Positions 45,994 to 56,668 of a stretch of 64,000 bases of DNA are shown here, piece by piece. This DNA comes from an uncultured Eubacteriales bacterium (GTDB lineage Bacteria; Bacillota; Clostridia; Oscillospirales; CAG-382), in contig CAKSUT010000004.1 in NCBI GenBank assembly GCA_934502885.1, positions 39,232 through 103,231 of the forward strand, written 5' to 3'. A program made the position numbers and the translations under genes. Under the pieces are notes generated by a model. That model was given only the letters and a program-made list of their open reading frames with translations. It was not told the DNA's origin and did no database searches. How positions within the stretch are numbered: position 1 is the stretch's first letter; every line of letters starts with the position of its first letter.

Positions 45994-46869
45994 ATGAAGA
46001 ATTTCAGCTTTGTTGAAAACAGAAACAAACTCTTCTGTGCTCTGCTTGCACTTGTCGTTATCGGCGTTGTATGCTTCTTCGCTGTAGGCTTTAATATCGA
46101 CGTTGACTTTGCGGGCGGTACGGAAATAGTAATTGAATTTCCCGAGAGTATCGATTCCGACACAAGAGCGGAGGTTGAGACGACCGTTGCCGGGGTTATC
46201 GGCGATAAGCTTTCCTCCGTTAAGGCTTCCGGCGACACGGGCGTTATGATCCGTGCAAAGGAGCTCACAACCGACGAGAGAAACGCTCTTATCGATACTG
46301 TTGTTGAAAAGTACGGTCTTGACAAGGATACCGCTCTTTCGAGCAACGAAAACGTTTCCGCATCGGTAAGCGATGACCTCAAGAAATCGGCAGTTACCTC
46401 CGCAACTATAGCGGTTGTACTTATGCTTCTCTACATCACGATAAGATTTAAGTTCAGCTTCGCAGTTGCATCGGTTGTCTGCCTTATGCACGATATATTC
46501 GTTGTAATTCTGTTTACTTCTATCCTTTCGATACCCGTAAACTCCAACATAATCGCGGTAATCCTCACAATCCTCGGTTACTCGATCAACGCAACGATTA
46601 TCATCTTTGACCGCGTCCGCGAAAACATGAAGCTCAACGCCGAAGGTCATACCTATGCCGAGATTATCGACAAGAGTATAAAGCAGACTCTCAACCGTTC
46701 GCTTTATACAACGCTCACCACTCTCTTCACAATAATAATGGTTTACATCCTCGGTGTTCCTACGATCAAGGATTTCGCACTTCCCCTTATCATAGGCATT
46801 ATCGCAGGTCTCTATTCCTCCGTTTGCCTTGCAGGTCCTATCGCTTACGCAATATCGAAGAAAAAGTAA
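45994..46869 (+). CDS. secF: Protein translocase subunit SecF
   Basis: GIDFAGGT-like (NIDVDFAGGTE) and ILGYSINATIIIFDRVREN motifs. ATG 45994 follows AAGGAGGA. The ORF-track start at 45853 lies inside secD. Confidence 0.9.
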   Translation: MKNFSFVENRNKLFCALLALVVIGVVCFFAVGFNIDVDFAGGTEIVIEFPESIDSDTRAEVETTVAGVIGDKLSSVKASGDTGVMIRAKELTTDERNALIDTVVEKYGLDKDTALSSNENVSASVSDDLKKSAVTSATIAVVLMLLYITIRFKFSFAVASVVCLMHDIFVVILFTSILSIPVNSNIIAVILTILGYSINATIIIFDRVRENMKLNAEGHTYAEIIDKSIKQTLNRSLYTTLTTLFTIIMVYILGVPTIKDFALPLIIGIIAGLYSSVCLAGPIAYAISKKK

Positions 46870-46887
46870 GATTGCACGAATACTTTC

Positions 46888-46919
46888 GGAGACGGTTTCG
46901 ACCGTCTCCTTTCTTTTTT
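46888..46919 (+). terminator. Rho-independent terminator after secF
   Basis: GGAGACGGT-TTCG-ACCGTCTCC followed by TTTCTTTTTT. Confidence 0.8.
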
Positions 46920-47051
46920 GTAAATTATTTGAAAAAGTATGCGCATTTACTTTTCAAATGCTAAAGAGTGTGATATAATACTATCGGGGGAGTGCGCAGT
47001 GCGTGCTCTTGATTGAATATCAAACGAAAAAGCTTTTTCCGAGGTGATACA

Positions 47052-47966
47052 ATGCCGAGCAAATATGCCGAGGCTTTGAGAGAGAAATTCCCGACAATTG
47101 ATATACGTGAGAACACGGAGCTTGCGCCGCTTTCGTCGATGAAAACCGGAGGTCGTGCCGAGGTATGCTGTTTTCCGAAAAGTATACCTGAACTGTGCTC
47201 CCTTGCGGAGTATTTGAGTGAACACAATCTTAAATTCAGCGTTATAGGCAATGCATCAAATCTGCTGTTTCTCGACGAAGGATATTCCGCCGAAGACAGA
47301 ATACTTATCTTTACGGGGGCTTCCAAGAACGTCGTGTTTACCGATAATATCTGCACCGCTGAATGCGGAGCGTCGCTCACCGCGCTCGCGCTCAAATGTG
47401 CAAAATCAGGACTTCGCGGACTTGAATTTGCCTACGGTATACCCGGGTTCGTCGGCGGCACTGTGTATATGAACGCAGGAGCGTACGGAGGCGAAATGTC
47501 TGACGTCGTGCGTGAGGTAAAGTACTATGACGCAAAAAACGCGAAAGTAATGACCGTAAGCGGTGAAAACCTTGATTTTTCCTACCGTCACAGCTTCTTT
47601 ACCGGAAAGGATTATATCATTCTTTCAGCCACCCTCGAACTTGTACCGGGCGACGCCGATGAAGCGGTGCGCCTTTGCGAGGAAAATATGGCGAAACGGT
47701 GCGCAAAACAGCCGCTCAAACTTCCGAGTTGCGGCAGTGCGTTCAAACGTCCGGAAGGACACTTTGCCGGTGCGCTCATAGAGCAGTGCGGTCTGAAAGG
47801 CTACGCTGTCGGCGGCGCACAGGTGTCCGAAATGCACGCCGGGTTTATCGTAAACCGCGGCGGCGCAACTACAAACGATGTTATAAGGCTGTCCGAATAT
47901 GTGAGAGACACGGTCAAAAAGCATTTTGACGTGACACTCGAACCGGAGATTGTGGTGTTGAAATGA
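47052..47966 (+). CDS. murB: UDP-N-acetylenolpyruvoylglucosamine reductase
   Basis: FAD-binding domain (MKTGGRAEV, GNASNLL) and the C-terminal MurB domain (PSCGSAFKRP, GGAQVSEMHAGFIVN). Confidence 0.9.
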   Translation: MPSKYAEALREKFPTIDIRENTELAPLSSMKTGGRAEVCCFPKSIPELCSLAEYLSEHNLKFSVIGNASNLLFLDEGYSAEDRILIFTGASKNVVFTDNICTAECGASLTALALKCAKSGLRGLEFAYGIPGFVGGTVYMNAGAYGGEMSDVVREVKYYDAKNAKVMTVSGENLDFSYRHSFFTGKDYIILSATLELVPGDADEAVRLCEENMAKRCAKQPLKLPSCGSAFKRPEGHFAGALIEQCGLKGYAVGGAQVSEMHAGFIVNRGGATTNDVIRLSEYVRDTVKKHFDVTLEPEIVVLK

Positions 47967-48886
47967 GAAAGGAAACCTTCACGAGACGCGTAAAGAGCGA
48001 GATGATTCTCCAAGCGTCGAAGATAACAAAAAAGTGCTGTAGGCTTTCAATGCTGTACGGACTTCTGATAACCGCCAACCGCTTTGAGATGCCGACGGTG
48101 AAGTTTATTTCGGAGAATGCCGCCGTTTCGGACTTCGCCGCCTCCCTTATTGCGGAGTGTTTTCCGAATACCGTCTGTGTGCGCGAAACAGTAGGAAGCG
48201 GAGAAAAGAGCGAACAGCGAATCTCTGCCGACGCCGCGGAGATAATAGCAAAATACTCCGAGGGTGAGTCCGACGAAAAAATCAGTACATACCGCATAAA
48301 CAAGGAAATACTCCACTGCGGCGAGTGCGCGGCGTCGTTTCTCAAGGGCGCCTTCATTTCGTGCGGAAACGTACTCTCGCCGAATAAGTCTTACCATCTT
48401 GAAATAGTCGTACAGCATTTCAGTCTGTCAAGAGAAATACTGTACCTTTTCAAGACTCTCGGCTTTACGCCGAAATACACAAAGCGCGGCGCTTACTACG
48501 TCGTATACTTTAAGGACAGCGACACCATAGTCGATCTTCTCGCCCTGTTCGGCGCACTCAAATGCAGCTTTGACTATACCGATGCAAAAATAGAGCATGA
48601 TATCAGAAACAACGTGAACCGCGTCCAGAATTGCGACCTTGCCAATATGACGAGAACCGCAAACACCGCAAACCGCCAGGTTGAGATGATCGAAAAAATA
48701 ATCGCCGACGGCAAGCTCGAGTACCTGAAGCCTGAGCTTCGCGAGACTGCGAACATCAGAATAAACAACCCCGAAGCGTCGCTTCTTGAACTCGGCGAAT
48801 TGCATGAGCCTCACGTGACAAAGTCGTGCGTGAACCACAGACTCAAAAAAATTGAGGAGTTTTATGAAGAAAACTGCCGCGAATAA
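47963..48886 (+). CDS. whiA: DNA-binding protein WhiA
   Basis: Degenerate LAGLIDADG scaffold plus a C-terminal HTH (SLLELGELHEPHVTKSCVNHRLKKI). The ATGA overlaps the murB stop. Confidence 0.9.
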   Translation: MRKETFTRRVKSEMILQASKITKKCCRLSMLYGLLITANRFEMPTVKFISENAAVSDFAASLIAECFPNTVCVRETVGSGEKSEQRISADAAEIIAKYSEGESDEKISTYRINKEILHCGECAASFLKGAFISCGNVLSPNKSYHLEIVVQHFSLSREILYLFKTLGFTPKYTKRGAYYVVYFKDSDTIVDLLALFGALKCSFDYTDAKIEHDIRNNVNRVQNCDLANMTRTANTANRQVEMIEKIIADGKLEYLKPELRETANIRINNPEASLLELGELHEPHVTKSCVNHRLKKIEEFYEENCRE

Positions 48887-48906
48887 TTCAGAAAAGAAGG
48901 GATAAT

Positions 48907-51900
48907 GTGCCGAGTTCGTTTGTACACCTGCACCTCCATACCGAATACAGCCTGCTTGACGGCGCGTGCCGTATAGACAGACTTGCCGAAAGGCTTGCCG
49001 AGGTGGGGCAGACTGCCGCCGCAGTTACCGACCACGGAGTTATGTACGGTGCGGTAGAGTTCTACAAAGCCTGCAAAAAGAACGGCATAAAGCCTATCAT
49101 CGGCTGTGAAGTTTACGTTGCGCCCGACTCGCGCAAACACAAGGAAAGAGTAGGCGACAGCGCATATAATCACCTCGTACTCCTTTGCAAAAACGAGGCG
49201 GGCTATAAAAATCTCATAAAGATAGTGTCCGACGCTTTCACGGAGGGATTTTACGTAAAACCGCGTACCGATATGCAGTTTCTCTCAGAACACTCCGACG
49301 GACTTATCGCCCTTTCTGCCTGCATGAGCGGTGCCGTACCAAAAGCGATACTCTCGGGTGATATCGATGGCGCGCGGAAAATTGCAAAGCAGTATATTGA
49401 TATATTCGGCAAAGAAAACTATTTCTTTGAGGTGCAGAACCACGGTATCGAGGGACAGAGCCTTATAAACGACAACCTTGCAATGCTTTCGCGCGAGCTT
49501 GACGTGCGCCTTGTCGCGACAAACGATTGCCACTACCTGCGCCGTGAGGACGCGGAGATTCAGCGTGTGCTGACCTCTATACAGACGAAAAACTCTCTCT
49601 CCTTTGAGTGTGACGAAATGTATGTCAAAAGCGAAAAGGAGATGCGCGAAGCTCTCGGTAAGTACGAAAATGCGATAGAGAATACGGCTCTTGTAGCCGA
49701 AATGTGCAACTTCGACTTCGACTTTACGCATCAGTACATCCCGGCATTCAAAACGCCGGACGGTTCGTCTCCGTCCGAGTATTTCGTGAAGCTCTGCAAA
49801 AACGGACTTGAAAAAAGAAAGAAAGCCGGAGTTTTCGGCGACGACAAAGAAGAAATATACGCAAAACGCCTTGAATATGAGATTGACGTAATTGAAAAAA
49901 TGGGATACGTCGAGTATTTCCTCATCGTCGAGGACTTTATCCGCTTTGCGAAGGAAAACGATATCCCGGTAGGTCCGGGCAGAGGTTCGGGAGCGGGAAG
50001 TCTGTGCGCATATTGCCTTGAAATTACCGATATCGACCCGATAAAGTACAATCTCCTTTTTGAACGCTTCTTAAATCCCGAGCGTGTGAGTATGCCGGAT
50101 ATAGATACCGACTTCTGCTATGAACGCCGCGAGGAGGTTATAGCCTATGTCGCACGTCGATACGGGCGCGACCATGTTGCCCAGATTACCACATTCGGCA
50201 CACTCGCCGCAAGACAGGCAATTCGTGATACCGGAAGAGCTCTCGATATGCCTTATGCGGATGTTGACAGCGTTGCAAGGCTCATACCGAACGCCATAGG
50301 AATAACCATAGAGGGCGCACTCGAGCAGACGCCGGAGCTTCGCGATCTTTATAAAAGCGATCTCAAGCTCAGAAAACTTATCGATGTTGCAAAGAGTCTC
50401 GAGGGCGCACCGCGCCACGCCTCGACTCACGCCGCCGCCGTCGTTATAACCGATAAACCGGTTGACGATTACGTTCCGCTTTCGGTGAACGGTGATGCAA
50501 TTGTAACCCAGTATACGATGAACAGCGTTGCCGACCTCGGACTTCTCAAAATGGATTTTCTCGGTCTCAGGTACCTCACGGTAATTCACGATGCCGAGCT
50601 TGATATAAGAAAAAGAGAGCCGGCTTTTAATATTGAGAGAATACCGCAGGATGATGTTCCGACCTATGAAATGCTATCAAGAGGCGAATCGAACGGAGTA
50701 TTTCAGCTTGAGTCCGGCGGAATGAAAGGACTTCTCAAAAGACTTAAGCCCGAGTCGCTTGAGGATATAACTGCCGCAATTTCGCTTTTCCGTCCCGGTC
50801 CTATGGACAGCATACCGAAGTTTATCGAGAATAAGCGCAATCCCGAAAAGATAAAATACGACGACCACAGACTTCGCGATATACTCGAGGTCACAAACGG
50901 CTGTATCGTATACCAGGAGCAGGTTATGCAGATATTCCGCGTGCTTGCCGGCTACTCTTACGGCAGAGCAGACGTCGTCCGCCGCATGATGAGTAAGAAA
51001 AAGGTCGCCGAAATGGTGAAAGAGCGTGAATTTTTCCTACACGGCAAAAAGAACGACGACGGAAGTGTTGAGTGCGAGGGTGCAATTGCAAGAGGTGTGC
51101 CAAAGAAAACCGCAGAGAAAATCTACGATGAAATGGCGGACTTTGCAAAGTATGCCTTCAATAAGTCCCATGCCTGCGCATATGCCGTTGTCGCCTACAG
51201 AACCGCTTACCTTAAGTGCAGATATCCTGCTGAGTATATGGCGGCGCTTCTCACGAGCGTTACGGACAGTGACGGAAAAATCTTCAAGTACACCGCCGAC
51301 TGTACCTCAATGGGTATAAAAATACTTCCGCCCGACGTCAACAAAAGCGGAGTGCATTTCGCGGCGGATAACGGAAGTATAAGGTACGGGCTTTTGGCAA
51401 TAAAGAACGTCGGCAGAACACTTGTCGAAAGAGTAATCGAGGAAAGGGAAAGAAACGGCGCATTCTCGGATTTCGAGGACTTCCTAACGAGAATGTACGA
51501 CAGTCAGCTGCACAAAAACGCACTTGAATTTCTCATAAAAAGCGGCGCACTCGACTGTCTCGGTCGCCGAAGAGACGAATTGCTTTCGGTCTGCGACAGC
51601 GCACTCGAGCTTTTGGCAAAGCGAAAAAGCACAATGATGTCGGGACAGATGGATATGTTCTCCGCCGCCGGAGCGGACGACGGAAAGCTTGTCCTGAAGT
51701 ACGACTCCACGGAACCGTTTACGAAAAAACAGCTCCTTGAGTTTGAAAAAGAGGCATCCGGACTTTATTTTTCCGGGCATCCTCTCGAAAACTATGCCGA
51801 ATACGCAAAAGCCATAGGCGCGGCGACTGTTGCCGAGGTGATCGACGCCGTAAATCCCGATTCGGAGAGCCGGGTAAAGGATAAATCGACCGTTGCACTT

Positions 51901-52557
51901 ATCGGTATGGTTAAGAATGTCAAGGTAAAGACGACGAAAAACGACAGCCGTATGGCGTTCGCTTCATTCGAGGATCTTACAGGAAGCACCGAGCTTATAG
52001 TTTTCCCGAAAGTGTACGAAGAGCTGAAAGCGAGTCTCGCCGGGGATTCAATACTCGGAATACACGCCGAGGTTACGGTAAAGGAGGCGTTCGGCAAGGC
52101 AGGCGAGGAATCGCACGACGAAGCAAAACTCATACTGAAGGATGCGTTTCCGATATACACTCACGATAATATGCCGTCTGCCGTGATGCAATCGCAGACG
52201 TCTCATCAGCCTGAAAAAGCCGAGCAAAGGACCGTTCGCACAGAGCAGCAAACCGTTCGCGAACCAAAACCGAGCGCAAACCCGAACGAACCCTATCGCG
52301 GCAATGAGGCGCACGTGCCGAGCGGCGAGTATGCGCTGTATCTGAGGCTTTCGTCGGAGAAAGCGCCGATACTCGCAAAAGTGGAAAATCTTCTCGAGAT
52401 TTTCGCTGACGGTACTACCGGAGCGATTCTTTACTTCACCGACACAAACCGTATGGTGCGTTTTTCCGGCGGCGGTATTTCGCTGAACAAACCCATGATT
52501 GATATGATGAAGAAGTATATCGGAGACGAGAATGTCGTCCTGAAAAAGAAAAACTGA
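48907..52557 (+). CDS. dnaE: DNA polymerase III alpha subunit, DnaE type
   Basis: PHP domain (FVHLHLHTEYSLLDG), a polymerase core (GPGRGSGAGSL, PDIDTDF), an OB fold and a C-terminal extension. GTG start. Confidence 0.95.
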   Translation: MPSSFVHLHLHTEYSLLDGACRIDRLAERLAEVGQTAAAVTDHGVMYGAVEFYKACKKNGIKPIIGCEVYVAPDSRKHKERVGDSAYNHLVLLCKNEAGYKNLIKIVSDAFTEGFYVKPRTDMQFLSEHSDGLIALSACMSGAVPKAILSGDIDGARKIAKQYIDIFGKENYFFEVQNHGIEGQSLINDNLAMLSRELDVRLVATNDCHYLRREDAEIQRVLTSIQTKNSLSFECDEMYVKSEKEMREALGKYENAIENTALVAEMCNFDFDFTHQYIPAFKTPDGSSPSEYFVKLCKNGLEKRKKAGVFGDDKEEIYAKRLEYEIDVIEKMGYVEYFLIVEDFIRFAKENDIPVGPGRGSGAGSLCAYCLEITDIDPIKYNLLFERFLNPERVSMPDIDTDFCYERREEVIAYVARRYGRDHVAQITTFGTLAARQAIRDTGRALDMPYADVDSVARLIPNAIGITIEGALEQTPELRDLYKSDLKLRKLIDVAKSLEGAPRHASTHAAAVVITDKPVDDYVPLSVNGDAIVTQYTMNSVADLGLLKMDFLGLRYLTVIHDAELDIRKREPAFNIERIPQDDVPTYEMLSRGESNGVFQLESGGMKGLLKRLKPESLEDITAAISLFRPGPMDSIPKFIENKRNPEKIKYDDHRLRDILEVTNGCIVYQEQVMQIFRVLAGYSYGRADVVRRMMSKKKVAEMVKEREFFLHGKKNDDGSVECEGAIARGVPKKTAEKIYDEMADFAKYAFNKSHACAYAVVAYRTAYLKCRYPAEYMAALLTSVTDSDGKIFKYTADCTSMGIKILPPDVNKSGVHFAADNGSIRYGLLAIKNVGRTLVERVIEERERNGAFSDFEDFLTRMYDSQLHKNALEFLIKSGALDCLGRRRDELLSVCDSALELLAKRKSTMMSGQMDMFSAAGADDGKLVLKYDSTEPFTKKQLLEFEKEASGLYFSGHPLENYAEYAKAIGAATVAEVIDAVNPDSESRVKDKSTVALIGMVKNVKVKTTKNDSRMAFASFEDLTGSTELIVFPKVYEELKASLAGDSILGIHAEVTVKEAFGKAGEESHDEAKLILKDAFPIYTHDNMPSAVMQSQTSHQPEKAEQRTVRTEQQTVREPKPSANPNEPYRGNEAHVPSGEYALYLRLSSEKAPILAKVENLLEIFADGTTGAILYFTDTNRMVRFSGGGISLNKPMIDMMKKYIGDENVVLKKKN

Positions 52558-52571
52558 ATACACCCTGTGAA

Positions 52572-52605
52572 AAAATGCTGAGGAAAAAATATTCCTCAGC
52601 ATTTT
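52572..52605. terminator. Bidirectional terminator between dnaE and the AraC-family gene
   Basis: AAAATGCTGAGGA-N8-TCCTCAGCATTTT. Confidence 0.75.
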
Positions 52606-52607
52606 CC

Positions 52608-53447
52608 TTATACCGTCTTGAAACGTACCTGCGACGGACTTATGCCGTAAAAATTACGAAACAGCTTTGAAAAATATGAAATGTCAGGTATTCCGACCTC
52701 GGTCGCTATATTTCCGACGCTTAACTCCGTACCCGTCAACAGCTCATACGCCTTGTTCATGCGCACCTTGTTTATGTATCTCACAGGCGGCAGACCGACC
52801 TCCGCAATAAATCCGCGTCTGAGCGTACTCTCGCTTGTACGGCTGACGTTTAGAAGATTTTCGATAGATATCTCGGATTTGTAATTGTCGTTTATGTATT
52901 TCAGTGCGGAGTTTATGCCGAAATGTTCGCACTCACTGTCCGCGGACGGACATATAACGGAAGCCAACAGCTCCAGTAAGAGAGAAGCACACATAAGCTT
53001 TGAAGAAACGGATGCCTCCGAGTAGGCAAGAATACTCTTGTCAAAAACGGTGTTTTCATTGTCTGTGCAATCGCCTTTCAGGATAATCGGCATATCTGAA
53101 AACAAAAGCTCGCGTCCCGTTTTGTCAAAGAGCCTGAAAGCCATAATTTTCGACAGAATCTTTTCTCCCGAACTTTTTTCGTCGCTTTCCCATATCAGCG
53201 AAAATTCACAGTCGGACGGATAATAGAGAAGACTTCCTTTCGCGGCGTAGAACGGCGCGAAGCCTTCGCCGCAGAGCTTTGCCGTTCCGCTTTTTACAAG
53301 CATTATTCTGCTCCACGGACGATCTCCTTTTTTTGAAACGGTACTTGTGTTTTCGCTGTTTGCTTCACTGTTAAAATTTGTGAGCGAATAATAATACTCG
53401 ACCATAACGGCATTCCCGGACAAAAAGAGTATATCGCAGTTTTTCAT
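52608..53447 (-). CDS. AraC/XylS-family transcriptional regulator, divergent from the Fe-S operon
   Basis: Cupin-like N-domain plus a C-terminal double HTH (ENLLNVSRTSESTLRRGF...GLPPVRYIN...VGNIATEVGIPDISYFSKLFRNFYGISPSQ). Confidence 0.85.
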   Translation of the reverse strand: MKNCDILFLSGNAVMVEYYYSLTNFNSEANSENTSTVSKKGDRPWSRIMLVKSGTAKLCGEGFAPFYAAKGSLLYYPSDCEFSLIWESDEKSSGEKILSKIMAFRLFDKTGRELLFSDMPIILKGDCTDNENTVFDKSILAYSEASVSSKLMCASLLLELLASVICPSADSECEHFGINSALKYINDNYKSEISIENLLNVSRTSESTLRRGFIAEVGLPPVRYINKVRMNKAYELLTGTELSVGNIATEVGIPDISYFSKLFRNFYGISPSQVRFKTV

Positions 53448-53558
53448 TCAAACACCCCCATTTACCATTATGACCGTATTATACAACAAATTGAATGTTT
53501 TGTCAATTGCTTTTTTGTCGGTTTGTGGATATAATTATAGTGTTTGAGAAAGTGGGGG

Positions 53559-54650
53559 ATGCGAGTGAAATTTTCCGTCGGCTACAGTTTGAGGCGAAAT
53601 AAGAACTTTGTTGACAAAATTGTCGAGTGCAAGGAGCATATTGACGAGGTATATTTCTCATGGGGTGATTTTCCGAACGGTCGAAATTCTCAGTTTAATT
53701 CGGAGGAATATTCACCGTTTGAAACAGCGTCGGAGACCGAAAAAGATCTCGACAGACTCTGCCGCGAGGGGTTTCGCTTCAATGTACTCTTCAACGGCAA
53801 CTGTTACGGCGACGGTGCGCTTTCGAGAAGCCTTTTCACAAGGATAGGCGATACCGTTGATTATCTCGGAAATAAGTATAACGTCGTCTCCGTGACGACG
53901 ACATCGCCGGTAATCGCAAAGTTTATCAAGGCGAATTTTCCGGAGCTTGATGTGAGAGCGTCGGTCAATATGGCGGTGGGAAGTACGGAGGGGATGGATT
54001 ACGTCTCGGAGCTTTTCGACAGCTTTTACCTGAAAAGAGAATTAAACCGTGATCTTGGGGCAATAAAGATAATATCGGAGTATTGCGAAAAGAACGGAAA
54101 GAAACTTCATATGCTTGCTAACAGCGGTTGTCTCAACAATTGCACAGCGCACACATTTCACGATAATCTTGTTGCACATGAGACCGGTTCGTCACACATG
54201 GACAACGCATATGAATTTGTCGGTCTTTGCCATGAGTATATATCAAAGCCCGAAAACAGAGCCGCCCTCGTGCGCAATACAAACTTCGTAAGACCCGAGG
54301 ATATACACCTCTATGAGAAGTATTTTGCCTCGGCAAAGCTTGCGACAAGAGTTAATCCGAATCCAACGGCAATTCTCGGTGCATACGTGAGAGGAAAATA
54401 CAGCGGAGCGGTCACGGATCTTCTCGAACCGTCTCACACGTCGAAGCTGTACCCGAATATTATTGACAACAGCCGGTTCCCGAAGGATTTTGCCAAAACA
54501 GTGATGACTTGCGGAAAACATTGTGATGAGTGCGGCTACTGTGAGAGGATATATGAAAATTCGCTTGTTTATATCGACAGTGACGGCGTCCTTGCGGAAT
54601 CCTTTTCGGACGAAGAAGCTGTCGAAATGCAGCAACACAAAACAGTATAG
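53559..54650 (+). CDS. U32-peptidase-like (UbiV/TrhP-type) TIM-barrel protein with C-terminal Cys cluster; tentative
   Basis: Block order resembles the U32 family: VRASVNMAVGSTEG...LKRELNRDL..I...LHMLANSGCLNNC. The C-terminus carries CGKHCDECGYC. The assignment rests on motif resemblance only. The start is ATG 53559 or GTG 53565. Confidence 0.45.
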   Translation: MRVKFSVGYSLRRNKNFVDKIVECKEHIDEVYFSWGDFPNGRNSQFNSEEYSPFETASETEKDLDRLCREGFRFNVLFNGNCYGDGALSRSLFTRIGDTVDYLGNKYNVVSVTTTSPVIAKFIKANFPELDVRASVNMAVGSTEGMDYVSELFDSFYLKRELNRDLGAIKIISEYCEKNGKKLHMLANSGCLNNCTAHTFHDNLVAHETGSSHMDNAYEFVGLCHEYISKPENRAALVRNTNFVRPEDIHLYEKYFASAKLATRVNPNPTAILGAYVRGKYSGAVTDLLEPSHTSKLYPNIIDNSRFPKDFAKTVMTCGKHCDECGYCERIYENSLVYIDSDGVLAESFSDEEAVEMQQHKTV

Positions 54651-54661
54651 GAGGAAATGCA

Positions 54662-55744
54662 GTGCTTACATCGGAAATGATAAAAAAAGCGGCGCTTGAA
54701 GCCGGTGCGGATATGTGCGGAATCGGTTCGATAGACAGATTTGTGGGTGCGCCTGACGTCATGAATCCGCAGCTTTTGTTCCCAAATGTAAAAAGCGTTA
54801 TAGGATTTGTGTTCAGAATACCGAGAGGTGTACAGAGAGGCATAGAGGAGGGAACACAGTTCTATCAGTATCCGTCAATGGCTTACGGTGGAATCAACGA
54901 AATTTACGCTCCGGCAGTACTCTACAGCGTCGGAAAGGTAATCGAAGACGAGGGCTATGAAGCCGTCGTTTACCGCAACACCGGCGCAAGAGGTGCGGTG
55001 TCGGACATGGACGGCTCACCCGGAAACAGCCTTTCCCCGGAGGAACAGATAGAAGTCAGCGAACACGCAAAAACAAAAACCTCTCACCATCGCTCGGTTC
55101 AGTTCACGAGAGCGGTAGGCGAGGGAAAGGTGCCGCCTGATTTGCAGTTTCACTTCAGACTTGCCGCTGTTGCCTGCGGACTCGGCGAAATCGGCTGGAG
55201 CAAGATGTTCTTGACAAAAGAGTTCGGTCCCTTGCAGAGAGTGGCGTTTATCTTCACCGACGCCGAGCTTGAACCCGATCCCCTCTACAGCGGAGAACCG
55301 CTCTGCAGAAAGTGCGGTGCGTGCGTAAGAGAATGTCCGGGCGGCTGTATACCGCCGGTGAATTCCGAAAAGAAGCTTACGGTATACATAGACGACAAAA
55401 AGTGTGAGTGGGGAGATATCGATATGTGGCGCTGCTACGCATTTTACACTCACGCAGGAAGATACTACAATCCGTTTGTCCCGAAGGAGGTCTTCGACAA
55501 AAACGAAAACGGCGCCCTTGACCTTCTCGAGGGCAAAACCGACGTTGCAAACGAAAAAGAGATCCTCAAGGTATACGGGGCACTCGAACGCTATTTTCCG
55601 AGCTGGGTAGGCTACAATATGGCAAAATGCGGCGGCTGTATCAGAGGTTGCGTAAGTATGCTTGAGAAAAAGGGTGGCTGTATGGAGGGACGCTTTAAGG
55701 AACCGCTTCGTACACGCAAAAAGCCATGGAAGATGGACAGATAA
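54662..55744 (+). CDS. QueG/reductive-dehalogenase-superfamily Fe-S protein, paralogue 1
   Basis: N-terminus MIKKAALEAGADMCGIGSIDRF, then AVACGLGEIGWSKMFLTKEFGP, then CRKCGACVRECP and a distal CGGCIRGC. No TAT or signal peptide. GTG start after AGGAGGA. Confidence 0.65.
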   Translation: MLTSEMIKKAALEAGADMCGIGSIDRFVGAPDVMNPQLLFPNVKSVIGFVFRIPRGVQRGIEEGTQFYQYPSMAYGGINEIYAPAVLYSVGKVIEDEGYEAVVYRNTGARGAVSDMDGSPGNSLSPEEQIEVSEHAKTKTSHHRSVQFTRAVGEGKVPPDLQFHFRLAAVACGLGEIGWSKMFLTKEFGPLQRVAFIFTDAELEPDPLYSGEPLCRKCGACVRECPGGCIPPVNSEKKLTVYIDDKKCEWGDIDMWRCYAFYTHAGRYYNPFVPKEVFDKNENGALDLLEGKTDVANEKEILKVYGALERYFPSWVGYNMAKCGGCIRGCVSMLEKKGGCMEGRFKEPLRTRKKPWKMDR

Positions 55745-55756
55745 GGGGGATGAAAG

Positions 55757-56668
55757 GTGTTTAATTCCGAATATATAAAGAAAAAGGCGCGCGAGTTCGG
55801 CGCAACGCTCTGCGGTATCGGAGATATAAAGTATTACGACGGCGACAATCCTCAGCGAAATCCTCTTTCGATACTTCCGCACGCAAAGTGCATCATAGGA
55901 CTCGGAGTGAGAGTGCCGAGCGGTATTTACAGATCGCTTGAAAACGGCAACGCTCTCTATACTTATCCCACTCTCGGAGTAAAAAGCATAGATGAAGAAT
56001 ATGCCGAGGTGCTTCTTCTGAGAATGGCGGGAGTTATAGAGAATGAGGGCTACGATGCTTGCGTCCAAAGATACATACCCGGAATAAGAATTCAGGGCGA
56101 CAAAACCACAAACCCCGAGGTAAGCGATACATATGAGCTTAAATTTGCCTCTGCCGTCGAACCGGGGAAACCCGTACCCGATGTTATAATTGACTACGAA
56201 AAGGCGGCGTGGGTTTGCGGACTCGGCGAAAAGGGACTTCACGGCAAGGTGATAAGCAAGAACAACTTCACATTTATGCGCTGGAGCTTCATTATAACCG
56301 ACGCTCCTCTCGAATGCGACGCACCTTTTTCCGAGAATATGTGTGACGGTTGCGGCGAATGTATAAAAGCCTGTCCCGGTCACGCAATAGATGAAAACGG
56401 TCTTGACACATGGCAGTGTTCCGTATATTATAAGGGCGCACACAAGTCAAATCCGTATATCACGGAGAATTTCCTGAAAGATAACCCCGAAAGAGAAGCA
56501 ATTCTCAACGGTGAGAAGCGTTTCAACGCCGAAAGCGCACGTGAAATCTACCCCGAGCTTGATTTTCTGCCCAAAACGCAGTACGGCTATGTCGCTTGTC
56601 TTTGCGGTAAGAAATGTGAGCTTGCGTGCCGTAATCACATTAAGGCGAAAAAGGAGGCGGCAAAGTGA
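55757..56668 (+). CDS. QueG/reductive-dehalogenase-superfamily Fe-S protein, paralogue 2
   Basis: YIKKKAREFGATLCGIGDI, CGLGEKGLHG, CDGCGECIKACP and a distal CLCGKKCELAC. It starts 12 nt after paralogue 1. Confidence 0.65.
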   Translation: MFNSEYIKKKAREFGATLCGIGDIKYYDGDNPQRNPLSILPHAKCIIGLGVRVPSGIYRSLENGNALYTYPTLGVKSIDEEYAEVLLLRMAGVIENEGYDACVQRYIPGIRIQGDKTTNPEVSDTYELKFASAVEPGKPVPDVIIDYEKAAWVCGLGEKGLHGKVISKNNFTFMRWSFIITDAPLECDAPFSENMCDGCGECIKACPGHAIDENGLDTWQCSVYYKGAHKSNPYITENFLKDNPEREAILNGEKRFNAESAREIYPELDFLPKTQYGYVACLCGKKCELACRNHIKAKKEAAK

